Source: a virus. Taken from it: 64,000 nt of DNA. The DNA is taken from UHGV virus genome UHGV-1351772; one strand, given 5' to 3'. The first letter of the stretch is position 1; every line of letters starts with the position of its first letter. The position numbers and the translations under genes are program-made. Below, piece by piece: positions 18,919 through 27,497 of this stretch. Under the pieces are notes generated by a model. That model made no database searches, was not told where the DNA came from, and saw only the letters and a list, made by a program, of their open reading frames with translations.

Positions 18919-19413
18919 TTAGAGGTGTTTTCCGATAACTTCCGAAACTAATTCGTAAAGGTCATCGTCACTGCACACGTCTACGCTAATTCCGATATCG
19001 ATACTACGACTGCGGAACCCTACTTTGAGCGTTTTACCGAATTCGGTTTGTAGGGCTTTATAGAGTCTATTCTTATCTTCTTTAAAGAGAGGAACAGGTA
19101 GTCTAACAGTGAACTTGTAATGTTCTTTCGAAACAAGTTCGTTAGAATAATTAAAACGTTTAGCCACACGAGTTCCGATAATCTGTGTTATCAGCTTAAA
19201 CATTTCTTCGTCGCTATACGGTGTTGCACCATAACCGATATCAATAGAATTTCTACGGAATCCTGCGCAGAATAATGCACCGAATTGCTCACGGAATTCT
19301 TTGTGTAGAATATCTTTTTCTACGTCCCACAGCCCGTAACCCAAGTCAATCGTGAATTTGTATTTTTCTTTGTCGACTAATTCGTTAGTGTAATCAAGTC
19401 TAGTGAAGTTCAT
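18919..19413 (-). CDS. hypothetical protein with internal tandem duplication
   Basis: AGGAGA RBS before the ATG at 19413 (track start 19464 is GTG inside the upstream hairpin); two homologous halves (YTNELVDKEKYKFT / YSNELVSKEHYKFT). Confidence 0.55.
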   Translation of the reverse strand: MNFTRLDYTNELVDKEKYKFTIDLGYGLWDVEKDILHKEFREQFGALFCAGFRRNSIDIGYGATPYSDEEMFKLITQIIGTRVAKRFNYSNELVSKEHYKFTVRLPVPLFKEDKNRLYKALQTEFGKTLKVGFRSRSIDIGISVDVCSDDDLYELVSEVIGKHL

Positions 19414-19442
19414 GGTATATTCTCCTAAAATGGTTTCGTTAA

Positions 19443-19490
19443 GTGAGAGTAACTGAACTCTCACCTAGGTAATATATATCTGAAAATATT
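19443..19490 (-). promoter_or_regulatory. conserved promoter-like motif with 5' hairpin (copy 1 of 4)
   Basis: Minus-strand reading: AT-rich, CAGATATATATTACCTAGG, then hairpin GTGAGAG/CTCTCAC directly upstream of the RBS of 18919..19413. Confidence 0.5.
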
Positions 19491-19494
19491 TTTA

Positions 19495-19797
19495 TTAAAA
19501 ACCCGCAATAAAACTGCCTAGCGAGACACGCTGTAGGTATTTGGGCTTACGGGCCAGGTAACAGTTCTTAGGATTACCTATTGCCATCTGCGCAACTGCA
19601 CGTTCTAAACGCGGTGCTTCTAAGATGGCACGATAGTTCCCTTCGTAATGCATTAACCACGCACACTCTTCAACGAAACGTTTTGCTTCGCGATAATCTA
19701 ACGTACGAATTAACTTCTTGCCCCGGTATTGTTTTACATCACCGTTTTGACAAAATACAATAGTTTCACGATTCATTGATAATCTCCCAGAATTCAC
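19495..19797 (-). CDS. hypothetical protein
   Basis: 100-aa ORF in a compact minus-strand small-gene array. Confidence 0.45.
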   Translation of the reverse strand: MNSGRLSMNRETIVFCQNGDVKQYRGKKLIRTLDYREAKRFVEECAWLMHYEGNYRAILEAPRLERAVAQMAIGNPKNCYLARKPKYLQRVSLGSFIAGF

Positions 19798-20107
19798 GTA
19801 CTAAATTACTTTTATAGCCTTCAACCTCGGCACGACAACCTTTTGAGATTTTCTCAAGCAGTGCCAGGCCACCCTCTTTAGATAGCTTACCTTCGCAGAT
19901 CAATTCAGATATTGCACAGAGCTTGTAATAAAGTTCCCATTGTTCGGAGATTGATTTCGACTGTACCTTGATCAGTTCATCTTGCGTAGCAATAAGTTTT
20001 TCACTGATCTCGCAGACATCGCATTTCTTACGTTTAAAGAATTCTATTAGTTTAAAAACCACTGTCACCTCCTCTGGCAATCCAGGTCGCCACACGCACA
20101 TGGGCAT
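19766..20107 (-). CDS. hypothetical protein
   Basis: 113-aa ORF in the small-gene array. Confidence 0.45.
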   Translation of the reverse strand: MPMCVWRPGLPEEVTVVFKLIEFFKRKKCDVCEISEKLIATQDELIKVQSKSISEQWELYYKLCAISELICEGKLSKEGGLALLEKISKGCRAEVEGYKSNLVREFWEIINES

Positions 20108-20363
20108 CTTGAAAAGATGAGATTAATAAGATCACACCACCTAACGTACGAGGTACGCGTAAGGCTTCGAAACGTCGGCAGTAAGAGCGTACACAATACT
20201 CGGAACCTAAGATAACGATTTCGCAGTATTCTGAACGAATAGGCAGTAGTTGAGAAACGAGTTTATCGCACGTTTCTTTGTTGTCTTCTAATAACCCGCC
20301 TCTGAGAATATAATTGACAATGTTCTCAGGTACCGATGTGTTCGCGATTTTATTTTCCATCAT
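20052..20363 (-). CDS. hypothetical protein
   Basis: 103-aa ORF in the small-gene array. Confidence 0.45.
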   Translation of the reverse strand: MMENKIANTSVPENIVNYILRGGLLEDNKETCDKLVSQLLPIRSEYCEIVILGSEYCVRSYCRRFEALRVPRTLGGVILLISSFQDAHVRVATWIARGGDSGF

Positions 20364-20761
20364 TAAACTCCTATTGTGATCTCCGTAATGTGCATTCTTC
20401 GCATCTCACGGGTCATTCTGTCCATTGCTCGTTGACACTCGAATAAATTGTCGTAGTATTTCTGGGCGGTAACATTGAATAAAACTCGACCATCTTTCAA
20501 TTGTTTAGCAGCGACTCTTATAGTTTCCGATTCAAACAACCGACCGCCACCCCTACCAACCTTAACCATAACGTCACGAATAGTAACGTTTATAAGTTCA
20601 CCGTTAGGGGAAGTCACAACCTCCGTATACCAGTCGCCTTCTTTAACGACATATTGTACCCTTTTACCGCACAGCCAGTTTTTAACTTTCTCGTTAACAA
20701 ACAGTTGGACTTTTAATGACAAACGCCTTTTTAAGTAAACTAAACGTATCATGTAAATCAC
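20363..20761 (-). CDS. hypothetical protein
   Basis: 132-aa ORF. Confidence 0.5.
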   Translation of the reverse strand: MIYMIRLVYLKRRLSLKVQLFVNEKVKNWLCGKRVQYVVKEGDWYTEVVTSPNGELINVTIRDVMVKVGRGGGRLFESETIRVAAKQLKDGRVLFNVTAQKYYDNLFECQRAMDRMTREMRRMHITEITIGV

Positions 20762-20795
20762 CTTATCTCCCTCGGTGTTCCCGAGGGAGAGCTAA

Positions 20796-21077
20796 TCACA
20801 GTTTCTCTTCTATTGTATCTAATCGAACTAACGCATCGTGACTGACTTTCCGTGCGTGTCCGATTGTCCCACCGAGGGCTTTTGTTGTTGGGTCTAAGGT
20901 ATTCAGACGGTGATACTGATAATCGATATCACGTATACAACGCGCCTGTTGTTTTACCATCCGAATTAATTGTCGTTTGGTTTGACGATTGTTACTAAGC
21001 TCCTGCCGTAATCGCGTGTTTTCTTTATAAAGCTCCTGTTGACGTGAGTTAATTAAACCCAACAACCAATCTAACAT
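20796..21077 (-). CDS. hypothetical protein
   Basis: 93-aa ORF, basic, predicted helical. Confidence 0.45.
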   Translation of the reverse strand: MLDWLLGLINSRQQELYKENTRLRQELSNNRQTKRQLIRMVKQQARCIRDIDYQYHRLNTLDPTTKALGGTIGHARKVSHDALVRLDTIEEKL

Positions 21078-21079
21078 TT

Positions 21080-21595
21080 TTACCCCCGGTGCAAGAAAAT
21101 ACGGTTAGTGTTTTCGAATTTCGGTTCTGTCCACTCCAGTTCCCAGTAAGCCTGGTTAATATCGCGAGACGTGAGTTTCAAATTCGAAACGCCGGGGATT
21201 TCGATCTGCTGCAGTAAATTAATAATCGTCACCAGCTCTTTACGAGGACGGTTCCAGATAACTTCAAGATACTCTTTCAGACGCTCTGGGTAAGCAACGG
21301 GGCGAATATAAACTAGCCCAGTGGGATACTCAATTGCTGAGGGTGTTCTTGGCACTAACCAAACCCAGTCTTTTAATAGCGGCCCTGAGTGGTAGTTAGA
21401 GAGTTGAGTAAGCGCATTTGCGACCGAACAACAACGGAAGTAGGTGATATCCCAATCGTGTTCATGGCAATTTCGCGCAACGATAACTTTTAAACGGTCA
21501 ATAGGTTTACCGTCGATGGTCGTAACACCAGGTTGATTCGCCAGAATCTGACGTTCACGTTTAGTATAAAGATTCATGTTAATATTTACTGACAT
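21080..21595 (-). CDS. hypothetical protein
   Basis: 171-aa ORF; GGAG RBS upstream of the start. Confidence 0.5.
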   Translation of the reverse strand: MSVNINMNLYTKRERQILANQPGVTTIDGKPIDRLKVIVARNCHEHDWDITYFRCCSVANALTQLSNYHSGPLLKDWVWLVPRTPSAIEYPTGLVYIRPVAYPERLKEYLEVIWNRPRKELVTIINLLQQIEIPGVSNLKLTSRDINQAYWELEWTEPKFENTNRIFLHRG

Positions 21596-21621
21596 TTAAT
21601 GCTCCTTTAGGTAAATGGTGT

Positions 21622-21631
21622 GGGGGGGGGG
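21622..21631. repeat. homopolymeric G10 tract (C10 on the minus strand), intergenic
   Basis: Ten consecutive G read directly; about 27 nt upstream of the minus-strand start at 21595. Confidence 0.9.
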
Positions 21632-21646
21632 TAGGTTAATGCTTCG

Positions 21647-22489
21647 TTATTTAAGATTCTGAATTTCTCTCATCTCGTTACAAAACTTATCAAACAACTG
21701 GGCGTATTTGTCAATGTGATTTTCGAACTCCCCAAAAAGGTGGCGTGAAAGGCGTTCGCTGACTTCCTTTTCGTATTTCTCGAGAACGTGTTTAAAAGAT
21801 TCACTGTCTCTCTTAATTTTCTTCGCATGGGTTTCCAAAGTTTTAAGAAGTCGTGGTTCGTTTTTGATCAGGAGATGCAAGTCACCTTTAAGATATCTGC
21901 TTTGATAAATCATTATTTTGGCGAGCTTGTATTCACCTTTCACAACACTGATAAGCTCATCAGCACCGGCTTCTGTAATGTTTTCAACGGTAAATAGCAG
22001 AATATTTTCGCCCTCTATATCTTTCAATAGTTGATTTATAGGAGCTCGATAAGCAGTATATTCATTGCTCACTTTAAGCATGTTGTCTTCAATCACATAC
22101 GTGAATTTATCGCTGAAAAAATGGTATAGTATTGGTCCAATTTTATCTGCTTGTTTGGGGGTAAGTGGGAACTCCTTTGTGTAGTAAGCGTTGCCTTTCG
22201 TAGTTGGCTTGTCCTTTAGCCCACAAGTCGACTGTTCTGGTAATTCTGGATCTTTAGACACCTCAACAGATCGTACTAAAATATCCGTAATCGCACTAAT
22301 GAGTTTGTTAGGAAAATCGACATCACCTTCTACCCAGAAAATGTTAAATGATTCTGATTTAACTTTATAGTAAAAGGTGTACGTTTTTTGTAGTTCAGCG
22401 ATTTCCTTAATTTGTTTTTCAGTAGGGATAGGGGAGATCTTAAACCTGCTGATGACTTTTTCTTCTTCGGTGAGTTCGAACTGTAACAT
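21647..22489 (-). CDS. hypothetical protein
   Basis: 280-aa ORF. Confidence 0.5.
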   Translation of the reverse strand: MLQFELTEEEKVISRFKISPIPTEKQIKEIAELQKTYTFYYKVKSESFNIFWVEGDVDFPNKLISAITDILVRSVEVSKDPELPEQSTCGLKDKPTTKGNAYYTKEFPLTPKQADKIGPILYHFFSDKFTYVIEDNMLKVSNEYTAYRAPINQLLKDIEGENILLFTVENITEAGADELISVVKGEYKLAKIMIYQSRYLKGDLHLLIKNEPRLLKTLETHAKKIKRDSESFKHVLEKYEKEVSERLSRHLFGEFENHIDKYAQLFDKFCNEMREIQNLK

Positions 22490-22500
22490 GTTATAGTTCC

Positions 22501-22944
22501 TTAAATCATACCTGGGAATTCGAAATCGATTTTATCTAAAAGTTTGTAGTCGTCTTTTAGTTGAAGCATTAGCGTATTCTTAAACAGTTCAAGTGAACCG
22601 ATAAAGTAAGCCGTATAGCAGCTACCACGAACAGAAGAGGAAAGACCCAAGTCTCTTAAACACTGTTTCAAGATTTCATGTTCTTCAGCGGTACCGAAAA
22701 GTTGGAAATTGATAACGGTAATCTGTTTATTAATGATTGCCGATAACCATTCTTTAATTCTTCTCGTGGTTATACGTTCTTTGAAATCACTAGCTTCTGG
22801 CAACCAGGTAATGTGAACAAACGGTGCATCGTAATCCACGAGAACTTTCTGCTGCCAACGTACTTGCATCAAACCACGAATACGATTTGCTAACGTTTCA
22901 GAATCACAAAGTAACATAATGCCGTTGGTAGTATTTGGTTTCAT
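22501..22944 (-). CDS. hypothetical protein
   Basis: 147-aa ORF. Confidence 0.5.
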   Translation of the reverse strand: MKPNTTNGIMLLCDSETLANRIRGLMQVRWQQKVLVDYDAPFVHITWLPEASDFKERITTRRIKEWLSAIINKQITVINFQLFGTAEEHEILKQCLRDLGLSSSVRGSCYTAYFIGSLELFKNTLMLQLKDDYKLLDKIDFEFPGMI

Positions 22945-23792
22945 AATTGTCCTTCCTTCTTAATGTAATCTTCAACCAACTTATCAAACACGATTTTTAT
23001 CTTCTCGCGTTCTTCTTCACCCAATTCACCGGAACAGGTTAGTCCGTTTATCTTCCCATACCGTAACTCCAACACATATTTCAACCGATGACGTAAGGCT
23101 TGATCAAAATGCGTTGGAATATAGATCGGTTCGAAATTGTGCAATAAAATAAAATTGTCTTCGGTGTGTTTAGGGGGTTCGAATTTTACTTTATCTAAGA
23201 TAGTAAGCCAGCGTTGTCTGTCGACTAACCGATCGTCCCAATAAACAGGTTTTGTTTTAGAGGGGGTAAATGTGTTGTAGTTACTGGAATCGGAGATACG
23301 GAAATTTGCTGTGACATAAGTCTTCGTGAGTAACGAGAGAAGACAAATCGTTCCTTCTTCGGAGTAACTTAAACCCTCGTCGAGTATGTCCTTAGCTTTC
23401 TTGAAGTAGTCCTCAATATAGTTTTCAGCAATTGGTTGAATCTCTACTTCTATAGCGCTAATTTGAGGCCCGTCTATCCGTAAAGGAAATTTTAGTTCAC
23501 CAATATATTGCCTATCCGATGTATAAGCACGCGTAACAATAGGGTACGTAACAGGCTTAGCCAAATGACGATATTCACCAACCCTAATGACTGCGGAACG
23601 TCCAAAGTCACCTTTATTCGATTTTGAAAAACCGTAAAGGTCTTTTAGATACTCTAGATACTGACCATCCGTCATTTCATCGGTATTAAATTCACGAATG
23701 TATAGTCGATTAAAAGATCCTTCTGTTTGTTCGTAGTAATAACCAGGGTCCCTATTTGCTAGAATGTGCGGGAGATAATACGGGTGATACAT
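22941..23792 (-). CDS. hypothetical protein
   Basis: 283-aa ORF; AAAGGAGGA RBS upstream of the start. Confidence 0.55.
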   Translation of the reverse strand: MYHPYYLPHILANRDPGYYYEQTEGSFNRLYIREFNTDEMTDGQYLEYLKDLYGFSKSNKGDFGRSAVIRVGEYRHLAKPVTYPIVTRAYTSDRQYIGELKFPLRIDGPQISAIEVEIQPIAENYIEDYFKKAKDILDEGLSYSEEGTICLLSLLTKTYVTANFRISDSSNYNTFTPSKTKPVYWDDRLVDRQRWLTILDKVKFEPPKHTEDNFILLHNFEPIYIPTHFDQALRHRLKYVLELRYGKINGLTCSGELGEEEREKIKIVFDKLVEDYIKKEGQL

Positions 23793-23820
23793 CTAATCCT
23801 CCTTTAGGCTATAACTAATG

Positions 23821-23870
23821 GAGTGAATGTAAATTTCACTCTCTCCTAGGTAATATATATCTGAGAAAAA
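23821..23870 (-). promoter_or_regulatory. conserved promoter-like motif with 5' hairpin (copy 2 of 4)
   Basis: CAGATATATATTACCTAGG on the minus strand followed by hairpin GAGTGAA/TTCACTC; sits between a terminator and the gene start at 23792. Confidence 0.5.
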
Positions 23871-23908
23871 ATATAAAAACCGTAGGATGGACTAAGTCCA
23901 TCCTACGG
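23871..23908 (-). terminator. rho-independent terminator of the tailspike transcript (minus strand)
   Basis: 12-bp stem CCGTAGGATGGA / TCCATCCTACGG followed on the minus strand by a T-run. Confidence 0.7.
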
Positions 23909-23914
23909 TTTAAA

Positions 23915-26041
23915 TTAAATAACTACCCAGCTTTTACCATCAGAGCCAATCTGCATTAGCGTAATACTTTCATTGGTCTCAATGGGTTTGGCAAGACCTT
24001 CCGTCCCACTCTTTGGAGTGATGAGAACGTTTGAGTTTTCCGGTTTAACGATGATCTTACCAGCCTTATTTGCCACGATCTGTATATTTCTACCCACACT
24101 ATATTCTAGATCAGGAATAGTAAGTTGGCCGCCACGGTTGGTGGCTGGGAAATACACATAAGACGACACATCTTCCTCAGATAACACTATACCACCAGAA
24201 TCACGATTGACCGAGATCTCAAACTTAGAAATATCGATATCGTAGGCAGTAACTTTCGTAATATCCGTCAGAACCAATTCGTTCAAATTGGTCTTAGCTG
24301 TACTGTTCGCCAGATCAAATGGGGTACCTTCCGTACCGTCAAGCACAGGCGTGACTTTGATTTTATTGTCACCCGGATAAATGATTTCAAACGTATGCCA
24401 GTTATTATCGTACGCACCAAAAGATCCTAATTGCACATTCTGCTTTTTATGATGCATCAGATAAAGATTCGTACCGTCGGTCTGTAAGAAAAAAGACATT
24501 AAGTACGGGTTCGTATCAGCCACACCAGCGTCAGCAAGTGTAGTACCAGAAGGTAGGTCGGACGCGGAAATACGCCAATAAAGTCCTAATCCGAAACGAT
24601 CTGCTGCTAAATCACCTTTTAGTCTAAAAGTAACGGTCAGACGTCCACCGTAACGTATCATGTCCGCAGCAGATGTCATTGACTTAGTTACATTCCAAGG
24701 TTTCATCGTTACAGCCTTTCTTAATTCGACGAAATGCCCGTTTCCATCCTCAGAATCTTGCACGGTTACGTTACAATCAACGATATTGTTCCAACCCTGC
24801 CCTTTCAGGGAACCATCTCCACGACGTCCGTTATAACCCACAGACTCTACTAATGGGGTATAGCTTCTTACCACATTCATATTGTCTTTGAGCTCTTTAG
24901 TGTCGTTCTTCGTCAGGAGCATTGCACCATTCGCTGTTCTTGATAATATCTCAGCAGCTATTCTCTCTGAGATAATACCGCGTCGTGCCCAAGAACTGAA
25001 ATGGCTATTCCTTGTTTCAGACGTCCAGTTTTTATTACTACGGGTGGCAGCACCGTAGTAGGCAGCACCAGCGATATCAGGATCGTCAGTGGGATCATTA
25101 GTCGGTACACGTTGGCCATTATCGTCGTACATGAATGGAACAAAAAAGATATTTTTTTGTTCATTGTTACGATAATTACCGTATATGGTTTCATATTGAA
25201 CAGGATATTTTTCCTTCCAATAGTAGGTAGTGTCCCCGCAGATCCATGGTACTTCGGCGGTGTCGTACTCGGGCATCTGAGAGAGATGGTCAGAGAGATC
25301 AGTTCGGAAACGCTCTACCATTGCCATAAATAACGCTGGTTGTTGTGCGTAACCTACTTTAGTCAGATCATACTCCCCCTGCATCCACACTACAGCCAAG
25401 AGTTTATTTTTAGGATTAACGTCCAGAGCTTTTTTGGTCCGGCTAACTAAATCTTTATAAAGAGGTTTTTCCACCCCCCATACCGATGACGTCGCAGAGG
25501 CTCCTGTGGCTTCATCGAAGGTACCTTCTGCACCACCCGTGAAAGCAGAACCGCCGCGTGCGCAGGGTACTAGTAAGATACCAGCGTTGCTAGGAATATA
25601 CGGGAGAAGACGCTTCGCGATGTGTAGACCTTGACCCACACATCCGTATTCACCTTTGTCCAAATTGGCTTTGGGGTGCGAGAATACGGACATATCTTGC
25701 ACGTCGTGCAGACAGTGATCCGCTGGAATGACGTCGTTATACTTACAATCAGCACCATTAGGCGTTACCTTCGCACGGCGCGCCATTTGTTTAATCCGCG
25801 GATCGGGAGCGTCCAACGTCGCTGGTAAAGGCAATCCTTCACCATAACTCATCGCATTAGATTGCCCGGCTATAGGGATCACGAAGTAATAATCCGGTTC
25901 CGTCACCCCCCCCCCTTGAAGTTCTGCAATATCAATTTTATATTCTTTTTCTTCCTTAGAAAGGAGAACTACCGCACCTTTGAGATCGCCAGAGAAATTG
26001 TCGAGTTCATGGATACGTTTCTTTCCAATTGGTTGAACCAT
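23915..26041 (-). CDS. tailspike/tail-fibre protein with sialate-O-acetylesterase-like (SASA/SGNH) domain
   Basis: GGAGGT RBS before the ATG at 26041 (track start 26053 is TTG); N-terminal 40 aa homologous to the N-terminus of the 1519-aa fibre; GQSNAM esterase motif. Confidence 0.65.
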   Translation of the reverse strand: MVQPIGKKRIHELDNFSGDLKGAVVLLSKEEKEYKIDIAELQGGGVTEPDYYFVIPIAGQSNAMSYGEGLPLPATLDAPDPRIKQMARRAKVTPNGADCKYNDVIPADHCLHDVQDMSVFSHPKANLDKGEYGCVGQGLHIAKRLLPYIPSNAGILLVPCARGGSAFTGGAEGTFDEATGASATSSVWGVEKPLYKDLVSRTKKALDVNPKNKLLAVVWMQGEYDLTKVGYAQQPALFMAMVERFRTDLSDHLSQMPEYDTAEVPWICGDTTYYWKEKYPVQYETIYGNYRNNEQKNIFFVPFMYDDNGQRVPTNDPTDDPDIAGAAYYGAATRSNKNWTSETRNSHFSSWARRGIISERIAAEILSRTANGAMLLTKNDTKELKDNMNVVRSYTPLVESVGYNGRRGDGSLKGQGWNNIVDCNVTVQDSEDGNGHFVELRKAVTMKPWNVTKSMTSAADMIRYGGRLTVTFRLKGDLAADRFGLGLYWRISASDLPSGTTLADAGVADTNPYLMSFFLQTDGTNLYLMHHKKQNVQLGSFGAYDNNWHTFEIIYPGDNKIKVTPVLDGTEGTPFDLANSTAKTNLNELVLTDITKVTAYDIDISKFEISVNRDSGGIVLSEEDVSSYVYFPATNRGGQLTIPDLEYSVGRNIQIVANKAGKIIVKPENSNVLITPKSGTEGLAKPIETNESITLMQIGSDGKSWVVI
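25906..25915. repeat. homopolymeric C10 tract (G10 in the mRNA) inside the tailspike coding sequence
   Basis: Ten consecutive C read directly; encodes GGG plus the first base of Val at codons 43-46, at the junction between anchor and enzymatic domain. Confidence 0.9.
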
Positions 26042-26076
26042 TGTAACCTCCAATTTTTAAACCAATACTCTTCCGG

Positions 26077-26349
26077 TTAGCGCGACATACCGTTCTGTGA
26101 TAAGGCAGTACCAACGATAAGTTTAACCGGGGTTTGTTCTTCCGTAATAGGGATTTCATCGAGATTGTTGATATCAATAGTAACATCATGGACTTTAGGC
26201 ATTGTTACCAAGATAGTCAACATTACCACCGATGCTTTTGTGGAAGTATCCGCAACGTGATATTTAACGTCCAGTAATTCGTTACTTTCAGATAAGTAGA
26301 GCATTTGCGGATAGATTGTTATCGATGTAAAAAAAAATACCAACACCAC
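26077..26349 (-). CDS. hypothetical protein
   Basis: 90-aa ORF between fibre-module genes. Confidence 0.4.
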   Translation of the reverse strand: MVLVFFFTSITIYPQMLYLSESNELLDVKYHVADTSTKASVVMLTILVTMPKVHDVTIDINNLDEIPITEEQTPVKLIVGTALSQNGMSR

Positions 26350-26363
26350 TTAAGTTTTAGCCA

Positions 26364-26879
26364 TTAATGATCTCCGAAGGTTAATGCACAATTATCTGCG
26401 GTAACGATTAAATCGTCGTCTTTTGTTACTGCGGCTTCTTCACCGTTACCGAAAACCAGAACAGAGAATTGACCTTTATAACCTAATGAACCAGGCGATA
26501 CCTGCAACGTTACCGCGTCTTTTCCTACAGTAAATGAATCATCTGTTAGATCTTCAGCTTGTAAGTTACTGCCACAAGCTGCGTTAATCGCTTCGATTAA
26601 ATCGTGTGTGGTAAACCCTTCCCCGGCTACTTTTACCAGAATAGGTTGCTGGTTTAACCACCGCTCTGCGGTTAAACGGTTGTAATAGATCTGCAACGTT
26701 CTGTTTCCAGGACGCTTAATCTTTACAACGGCAGTGGTGTCACGATTCATCTCTTCAGTAGGATTTACGTTGCTGAACTCAACCTCGTTTTCTTGCAGAT
26801 CGAGCTGAAGGTCGTGGTTGATCAGCGATATAACCATGTTAGTTGAAGTTAATGATAAATCTGGTGTGAATTGCCCCAT
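26364..26879 (-). CDS. hypothetical protein, small-protein paralog family (member 5 of 6)
   Basis: GGAGGT RBS before the ATG at 26879 (track start 26894 lies in the RBS); N-terminus FTPDLSLTS...ISLINHD parallels 33100..33660. Confidence 0.55.
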   Translation of the reverse strand: MGQFTPDLSLTSTNMVISLINHDLQLDLQENEVEFSNVNPTEEMNRDTTAVVKIKRPGNRTLQIYYNRLTAERWLNQQPILVKVAGEGFTTHDLIEAINAACGSNLQAEDLTDDSFTVGKDAVTLQVSPGSLGYKGQFSVLVFGNGEEAAVTKDDDLIVTADNCALTFGDH

Positions 26880-26977
26880 AAAGTTTACCTCCAACGGTTA
26901 GGGGAGTCATAAAATGTTGGCTAAAACATTTCACCCCTCCCCCGATTATGTTTTCAAGCACTATGACTTGAAAATAA

Positions 26978-27481
26978 TTAGCTAATTCTCAAATCACGTA
27001 GTGCGCCTGTTGACTTCATCACGTTTTGGAACGCAGCGCTGATGTTATTAGTCCAGTAATAATGCTGACCGTTAATAACTTGCTGGTAAGACAGCGCGCA
27101 GGTGTTGCCACCTAAGTTTACAGTGATGTTAGAGGCTCTGCCGCCTTGTAAGTAAACCGCTAAAGTAGGCTTTGCGTTAGCAACTACCGTCGTTAACTGT
27201 AACTCGATACCTACTAAAGTTCCCACCCCGCAGTTACCAGCGTTTTGAATGGTTCCCTGATTTTTCTGGTTTAACGGCCAGCTTGGTCCTACTGCGCCCC
27301 ATTTCTTACCTAAAGAATCGCTATATGCAGCGGTTGCAATTTTACAGCCCATAGATCGTCCCACCATTTGACTCATCATAAAAGGTCTACCCAATCCTAA
27401 TTTACTACCCGCAGCGCTCATCCATTGTTGGCCAGTTTCATTCCTAGCTGAAGATCCGACCCATCCTGACGCTACCCCCAT
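26978..27481 (-). CDS. glycine-rich protein (short paralog of 27498..28280)
   Basis: GGAGGG RBS; N-terminus GWVGSSARNETGQQWMS matches GWIGSSAKAEAGNGWMS of the neighbour. Confidence 0.55.
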   Translation of the reverse strand: MGVASGWVGSSARNETGQQWMSAAGSKLGLGRPFMMSQMVGRSMGCKIATAAYSDSLGKKWGAVGPSWPLNQKNQGTIQNAGNCGVGTLVGIELQLTTVVANAKPTLAVYLQGGRASNITVNLGGNTCALSYQQVINGQHYYWTNNISAAFQNVMKSTGALRDLRIS

Positions 27482-27497
27482 CTACCCTCCTTTTTAA

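Noticed and set aside
20765-20789. Hairpin TCTCCCTCGG / CCGAGGGAGA
   Set aside because: No T-tract on either strand; it overlaps the RBS region of 20363..20761, so is more likely a translational or structural element than a terminator, and unproven.
23160-23185. GGGGGTTCGAAT, superficially like a tRNA T-arm
   Set aside because: No acceptor stem or anticodon arm could be built around it and it lies inside a coding ORF; no tRNA called.
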